Shown here piece after piece: positions 57,610-64,000 of a stretch of 64,000 bases of DNA (the stretch's first letter is position 1; each line of letters begins with the position of its first letter). Under the pieces are notes generated by a model. It searched no databases. It was not told where the DNA came from and saw nothing but the letters and a program-made list of their open reading frames with translations. The stretch comes from an uncultured Nitrososphaeraceae archaeon (GTDB lineage: Archaea > Thermoproteota > Nitrososphaeria > Nitrososphaerales > Nitrososphaeraceae), in the NCBI GenBank assembly GCA_963837175.1, contig CAWIMJ010000050.1:32001-96000 (forward strand), written 5' to 3'. The translations under genes and the position numbers were made by a program.

Positions 57610-58127
57610 CGTGTTATCTGGTATGACATTTTTTGGATCAAGATGACATTTTGTGATTATGGAAAAAAGCAAAAAAGCACAGGCATAGTAAAAGCATAGC
57701 AAATCGTGTGGTGTTGATAAAGCTTTTATTTATTGGCATTCTCCAAACTCAAGGACGTATAGGTATGTTAAGTTGGTGTTGCTATATCATACCCTTTTAA
57801 ATTGAGTATGGATTCTCTTTTAATGAAGATGCCATGAGCTTAATTATTATAATCTTCTATTGACAGTTTTGTTGAAAATACCTGCTACACCTTCTTATTG
57901 TTCTTTTAATTTGGATCCATTTTACAAGTACATAATATATTAAAAGCTTCTGAATAATTGTGCAGACTTATCTAGACATGATATGTACATGTCTTGACTA
58001 TAAGATTGTTTCTTATCATGGTGACCCAGGCCTACAAAACGAGATAATAATATTACATGATAATTATCTAATGAATGAACCTAGATCCGAACAGATTAGG
58101 AAGGAGCATATAGATGAATTATTTGAA

Positions 58128-58258
58128 ATTGTATTAAATATTAAATTATATTATTGACCTACAACTCTTCTATAGTAGTATCTAATTGTTATCGTTAAAA
58201 CAGAAGATGAATGCAGCAGTATTTTATAGTCCGAACAATCTAAGTGTTCAAGAAATAC
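58128..58258 (+). repeat. Inverted duplication copy B2
   Basis: Partner of 49957-50087. Confidence 0.95.
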
Positions 58259-59436
58259 AGTTTCCTACAGACCTAGACGAAAAAGGTAGTATCATGTTAA
58301 AAGTAAATGCATGTGCTGTATGTGGATACGATGTAAGAGTATTTAGAAATGGACATTCAAAAGTAACACCACCTATAATATTAGGACATGAGTTTTGTGG
58401 AGAAATACTAAAAGCCGCAACTCCAATAAATGTTAGTACTACTACTACTACTACAACTAGTAATGATAATATAATAATAAAAGAAGGATCAAGGGTTGCC
58501 GTTTGTCCTGTAATACCTTGTTTAAACTGTAGATATTGCTATAACAAACAGTATAATCTATGCATTAATCTAAAAGAGATAGGATCGACTGTCAATGGTG
58601 GGTTTGCTGAATATGTCAAAATACCTAAAAATGTTATCCAAATAGGAGGTCTTGTTTCAGTTCCTGATAACCTAAGTAATGAGGAAGCTGCCTTACTTGA
58701 ACCATTAGCCTGTTGTCTAAACGCTTTTTCTCATATAGGACAGATTATTACTACTACTACTACAACAAACAAAAATAAAAAAGATAAAGAAAGAGAAGGA
58801 AGGGAAAGAAGGGAAAGATCTCAATCAGTTGTCGTCATAATAGGAGATGGGCCAATAGGTTTGCTTCATCTCCAATTATCAAAATTATATGGAGCAAAAA
58901 CTATTGTAGTTGGAAAAATATCTGCCAGAATACAAAAAGCAAAATCTATGGGTGCAGATGAGGTGATATTTGCAGATGATGACTCTCAGAGTAGTAGCCG
59001 TAAAGAAACATCAGATAATATATTAGATTTTACAGATGGGATAGGTGCTAATGTAGTTATAGTTGCCACAAGTAATCCTGCAGCTTTAGATTTAGCTATA
59101 AAAATTGCAGCCAAGAATTCGATAATAAACATATTTGCAGGCATGCCAAAGGAAAATAGTAATAGTAAAAAATAATAATAAAAAAATAATAATAAAAATA
59201 GTAAGAATAATACTGTTCTAATAGATCCTAACTGGCTTCATTATAATCAAATTTCTATTACTGGTAGTTTCAGCTCTACGCCATCTATGCTTTATGAAGC
59301 TGCTAGACTTGCTTCTACTAAGAAAGTTGACTTAACAAAAATAGTTACCCATAGATATTCACTTAGCAATATTGAAGAAGCAATATTAGCTACTGAAAAC
59401 TATTATGGATTGCGTGCTGTAATAAATAGATTTTAA
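58186..59436 (+). CDS. Zn-dependent (sorbitol/threonine-type) dehydrogenase, interrupted at 59173-59181
   Basis: CGYD, GHEFCG, CLNCRYC..C and GDGPIG motifs. The same frame resumes after TAA TAA TAA as ..IDPNWLHYNQISITGSF..VTHRYSL..RAVINRF*. Confidence 0.88.
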
Positions 59437-59855
59437 GACTTCTAGCAAACAATATAATAATATGATTATTATCATTATAATAATAATCAAAAGCAATCAA
59501 TCAAATAGGCGACCCAGATGCTTTTCCGTAATATTCTTGTTCAAGCGATAAGAAATATTATCTCATTTGTAAAACTCCGGATTCATATCTAGTGACATAT
59601 ATAAAGGAATCAGAATAATTATTATAATAATAATGTTAGTGACAATAGTTTGTGCGCCGTACCACCTGGGACAGAGTTTTCTCAGCCAGTGAGCCATTAT
59701 CTTCATCTAAATTCAAACTATTTGCCACAAAATTCTTTGCTGAAGTTGTCAGAACATTTATGATAGTATCATATGTTGTAGAAGAAGAGGAAGAAGAAGG
59801 AATTGTATCTTCGAGCTAGCCTGTGTTAACCTCCATGATTACATCTATGCCATCT

Positions 59856-60016
59856 CCACAGTCAAAATAATCTTGACTCTTATTTTGAAGAAACCCTGAG
59901 TAAATTTGCTGAAGGATCATCAGGAATTTTAATATGGCTGTCGTATTGGTATTTATAGGAATTATATCATAATTGGATTTATTGATTATAAGAAGAGTAA
60001 GCCGTCATTTACAAAC
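59856..60016 (+). repeat. Inverted duplication copy C1 (161 bp)
   Basis: Reverse complement of 62812-62973 with two substitutions and one indel. Confidence 0.92.
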
Positions 60017-60413
60017 AAAGAATAATTAAAAATATATACTTCTCAAATTAATTGGATAGACGACTACAGCTATACTTTGTAATTTTTGGTAGCCTAATTT
60101 TTTACATATAAAATAGGCAAAATCCCTAGAATAGAATAATATCAAAAATACTAAATTATTAATTCTATGAGACGGTTCTTTGCTGACAGAAATTTTTGGA
60201 TCTTGCTTGGTAACTATAATCAATAATAAAATTCCACAATCATTTCTGTTTAAGAATCATTGAAGAAATTTTTCAAGTCAATAATTACGATATTGTGTAT
60301 CCCACGGGTTGTTGCTATCAAAATTCTCTTTAAAATCCTCTTCATTTTACTATCGTTGATAAGTAATTATCAATTTAGATATTTTTTATAATGAAACACG
60401 GTAGAAAAAATAA

Positions 60414-61422
60414 TTACTTTACAATAGTGAATTGGTCTATTATCTTTCCATCATTATTTGCATAAAACTTACCTGTTAGTGCTCTTCCATTATTTGTAAT
60501 ATCCACATTTAGTATACCAAATCCTATATAGTCTTTAACATAGTAGTTGTTTCCTTTTTTACTGTCTTTTTGATCTTTAAAAGGGTAAAGATCCTCCCCT
60601 CCTGTGCCTACTGTAATAAATATCTGTCCCCCTCCATCAGGATCTGTATAGTTGGTTGTATTTGTACTGGTTTCTATTGGATGGCTCTGGATTAACACTA
60701 TCAAATTTGATAGGATATGTTCTCTGATAGTTGTGATTATGTCCTTGAAGTACAAGGTCTACTCCATACTGTTCAAACAGAGGATGATAGATACTTCTTA
60801 AGGAAGTAATAGCAGGATGCGTACTTGGTAAGGTATACATTGGTCTATGGTAATATGCTATAATCCAATCTATGTTTGGATTTGATGCTGCCTTTGAAAG
60901 ATCATCCTTGACAAATTTATATTGTGCAGAAGTCACATTGAATGGAATTTCTGTTGAAAGTGCAAGAAAGTGAATATTTTGGAGATCAAATGAATAATAT
61001 TGTTCTCTGAGTCCAAAGTGATTCATATATCTGTATAGCTGTCCAATCCCTCGGTGATCATGATTTCCTATTGCAATTTTCATTTTTTCATCTATAGGAT
61101 CCACTATCTTGAACCAGCAATCATCACTCGTCCTATTATATGAGTAGTCCCCCAACGCAATTACTAATTCTGGTTTTTTGTCTAACATGTTATTTACAGT
61201 CATATTTGTATTAGAGGTACATCCCCAATCTCCTGCAGCTGCAAAGTTAAAATCTGAAACAGGTAAAGATGATGTCATATTACTAGTACTAGCCGAACTA
61301 TTCAAAATACTACTATACGCAGCATATTTTTCATTTGTTATATCAAAAGTAATGCTAAGAACCATTATTAGGACAATGAGATGTAAAATAGAAGAACTGA
61401 ATTTCTTTTGAATAAACATCAT
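60414..61422 (-). CDS. Secreted metallophosphoesterase (purple acid phosphatase-like), frameshift at about 60690
   Basis: GDWG, GDYSY, GNHD, YHRP and GHNHNYQR motifs. C-terminal ITVGTGG..FGILNV..DQFTI lies in the second ORF. Confidence 0.88.
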
Positions 61423-61766
61423 TTAGTATATTATCACCAACCATCTTAATAATCTCTGCATTCTACATTGGATCTTTAATTTCACATTGGAAAATTAACA
61501 AGAATTTTAGATGTATCTTCTTCATATATTAACTAATCACTGTCATTTTATTTTTCAGTTTTTAGAGGGTTCATTTAAACCATCATTTGATACTCCATAA
61601 AATGATATAATATTACCTTCAATGACATTTGCTATCGTAGTATTATTCTTTTTATCACAATCAGAAACAAAGAGTTAAAAGTGTCAGAGGTTAGAAACAT
61701 TTCAGCTAGTCGTTATGCGCTTATACCAATAGTATATAATACCCACTTTCTCTAAGAAAAGAACAG

Positions 61767-62801
61767 TTGATCTTTCGCTCTATTGTTGATTATCATTTTG
61801 ATTTGTTTCAATATCCTACTATTACTTTTTTCTTTATAATAGCATTAGTTGGGATGTTCTTTCTATTAGCTAACATCAATATTTTTTCAGATGTGTCTGC
61901 TTATGAAAACGCTACTGAATACAAATTTGTAAAAAAATGGGGTTCTAAGGGAATTGGTCCTGGACAATTTCAACGTCCACATGACTTGGATTTTAGTAAT
62001 GATGAAAAGATTCTTTATGCTGTAGATCGAGATGGTAACAGAATTCAGGCTTTTGATAAAAACGGTACCTTTCTCTTTTCGTGGGGTCAATTAGGTAAGG
62101 GAGATGGACAATTTCATGTTCCATATGGAATAGACGTGGATGCTAATGGTAATGTATGGGTTGCTGATAGAGCAAATCACAGAGTCGAAAAATTTGATAG
62201 TCGAGGCAATTTTATTACAAAATGGGGATCCTATGGTAAGGGAGATGGACAATTTGATAATCCAAGACATATTGCGGTAGATAAAAATTTAAAATATGTT
62301 TATGTAGTAGATTCCAAAAATAATCGTATCCAGAAATTTGATATAAATGGGAAGTTTATTCAAGCAATAGGTAAATTAGGTAATAAAAGTGGTGAATTCA
62401 ATCTTCCTACGACAATTGAAATAGATTCAAAGGGTAATTTTATAGTAAATGAAAGAGGAAATGAACGTATCCAGAAATTCGATAGTAATTGGAAACCTGT
62501 ATTAATGTGGGGTTCTAATGGCACAGGAGACTACCAATTTTGTCATATGGAGCATATTGCTATTGATAAATCTGATAACATATATGTAACAGATCCACAA
62601 TCTGACCCTGGCTGTAGTAATCAGCCTAGAGTTTTAAAATTTAACAGTGAAGGCAATTTTATTACAAAATGGGGATCCTATGGTAAGGGAGATGGACAAT
62701 TTGTAGATCCAGAACATCTTGCTGTAGATTCAAATGGATATGTTTATGTATCTGATAGAAAGAACGAGAGAATACAAGTATTTGAACCAGTTGTAAAATA
62801 A
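61767..62801 (+). CDS. Secreted NHL-repeat six-bladed beta-propeller
   Basis: WGS.G.G.GQF..P..I.VD..GN.YV.D..N.RIQ.F repeats after a signal/TM segment. Confidence 0.92.
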   Translation: MIFRSIVDYHFDLFQYPTITFFFIIALVGMFFLLANINIFSDVSAYENATEYKFVKKWGSKGIGPGQFQRPHDLDFSNDEKILYAVDRDGNRIQAFDKNGTFLFSWGQLGKGDGQFHVPYGIDVDANGNVWVADRANHRVEKFDSRGNFITKWGSYGKGDGQFDNPRHIAVDKNLKYVYVVDSKNNRIQKFDINGKFIQAIGKLGNKSGEFNLPTTIEIDSKGNFIVNERGNERIQKFDSNWKPVLMWGSNGTGDYQFCHMEHIAIDKSDNIYVTDPQSDPGCSNQPRVLKFNSEGNFITKWGSYGKGDGQFVDPEHLAVDSNGYVYVSDRKNERIQVFEPVVK

Positions 62802-62811
62802 TATAAATAAG

Positions 62812-62973
62812 GTTTGTAAATGATGGCTTACTCTTCTTATAATCAATAAATCCAATTATGGATATAATTCCTATAAATACCAATACAACAGCCATATTAA
62901 AATTCCTGATGATCCTTCAGCAAATTTACTCAGGGTTTCTTCAAAATAAGAGTCAAGATTATTTTGACTGTGG
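62812..62973 (-). repeat. Inverted duplication copy C2
   Basis: Partner of 59856-60016. Confidence 0.92.
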
Positions 62974-63056
62974 TGGCGGCACTGTTAAGAAATAATTCAA
63001 CTTCAAACCTTGTAGTCAATAAGTAACAGCTTCTGATTTATTAAATTAGTATACTA

Positions 63057-63620
63057 TTGCAAAACTATATAATATCTAGCCTTTTTCTTCTATAATTAAA
63101 ATGTCAAAAGGAGTTTTAATATTGACAATTATTGGGATAACAATAATTACCGCAATACTATCAACAACTGCAATATCACTATTTGGTGGAATATTATCGC
63201 TACCATCACCTGTAGCAAATGTATGGGCACTTAATGTAACAGGAACGGAAGGACCTGATACACTAACTGGTACAGCGGAAAAAGATTCCATATATGGCTA
63301 TGGAGGAGATGATATGATATCTGGTCTTGATGCAGGTGATCAAATCAGAGGTGGTAAGGGAGTTGATACCATCCATGGTGACAAAGGAAATGACAGAATT
63401 AGAGGTGGTAGTGGAAATGATATGATATTTGGTGACGATGGTAATGACGTACTCATTGCAGGCCGTGGAGATGATACTCTTACAGGAGGACCTGGCAAAG
63501 ATACTTTTAACTGTGGAGAAGGAATTGATAAAGTTACAGATGCTAGTACAGCTGACAATGACAATGTGACAGCCACCTGTGAAAATACAAGCCCTTCTTC
63601 TACTTCAACTTCTCCTCCTC
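63057..63620 (+). repeat. Inverted duplication copy A2
   Basis: Partner of 36260-36818. Confidence 0.9.
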
Positions 63621-63724
63621 CTTCTACAACAGAAGACATTACTAAAAGTCCTTTCAATCTTCCATCAGATCAAGGAAATGGAGAAGAAGCCGATGATGGC
63701 ATCAAAGAAGAAACCGGTGAGTAG
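63101..63724 (+). CDS. Secreted RTX calcium-binding repeat protein
   Basis: Signal peptide, GGxGxD repeats, DTFNCGEGID and a short acidic tail. No enzyme domain. Confidence 0.88.
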   Translation: MSKGVLILTIIGITIITAILSTTAISLFGGILSLPSPVANVWALNVTGTEGPDTLTGTAEKDSIYGYGGDDMISGLDAGDQIRGGKGVDTIHGDKGNDRIRGGSGNDMIFGDDGNDVLIAGRGDDTLTGGPGKDTFNCGEGIDKVTDASTADNDNVTATCENTSPSSTSTSPPPSTTEDITKSPFNLPSDQGNGEEADDGIKEETGE

Positions 63725-64000
63725 TAGAATAATATAAATTTACGGTCCTATCGTTAGAAACAACATATTAGCAATAAGCAATAAAAGAAAAAGCTAAGCA
63801 AGGTTTCTAGACCAAAGAAAGTATTGTTCATACGATTAAGCATACTGGCAATTGGAATTGTAGTTCTGGCCGTAAGCCTTGCACAATCACCTACATTCCA
63901 ATGTACATATAAGCTTGGTCTCAACAATTCGAGTCTAACTAATATCAAATAACTGAACATTGTATTAATCGAGCGATAGAGAAATAGAACGTAGAGAATC

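Noticed and set aside
62205-62705. About 50-bp exact direct repeat, and a similar 40-bp repeat at about 27835 and 28657
   Set aside because: Internal duplications of NHL and BNR protein repeats.
3573-63657. Numerous antisense or overlapping short ORFs in the track (e.g. 5791, 7367, 11083, 35124, 47861, 63340)
   Set aside because: Shadows of well-supported genes on the other strand or frame.
1-64000. tRNA, rRNA and CRISPR-Cas loci
   Set aside because: No cloverleaf, rRNA-like GC-rich tract, repeat-spacer array or cas gene recognised by eye. tRNAscan-SE or Infernal would be needed to exclude small RNAs.

Overview
AT-rich archaeal chromosomal DNA. Gene content points to a soil ammonia-oxidising archaeon of the Nitrososphaeraceae (inference from PolB1, a stand-alone EF-1alpha-S10 pair, TruD, agmatinase and expanded PQQ/GSDH, NHL, BNR and RTX families). 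Bases 1-27.6 kb are mostly core genes with scattered remnants. Bases 27.8-64 kb form a cell-surface island of glycosyltransferases, secreted beta-propellers, quinoprotein dehydrogenases, many pseudogenes and three pairs of inverted duplications. The most notable feature is a 2.9-kb unit transposon (7045-9966). It has IS6-type terminal inverted repeats, an 8-bp target duplication, arrays of subterminal repeats, a SWIM/Zn-ribbon/HTH/DDE transposase and a divergent ribbon-helix-helix gene with palindromic operators. Its cargo includes a DUF3800-like RNase H-fold gene followed by a candidate pseudoknotted RNA. Many single-base frameshifts, including one in truD, suggest some 'pseudogenes' are long-read consensus errors. 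All alignments and family assignments were done by eye, with no database searches.
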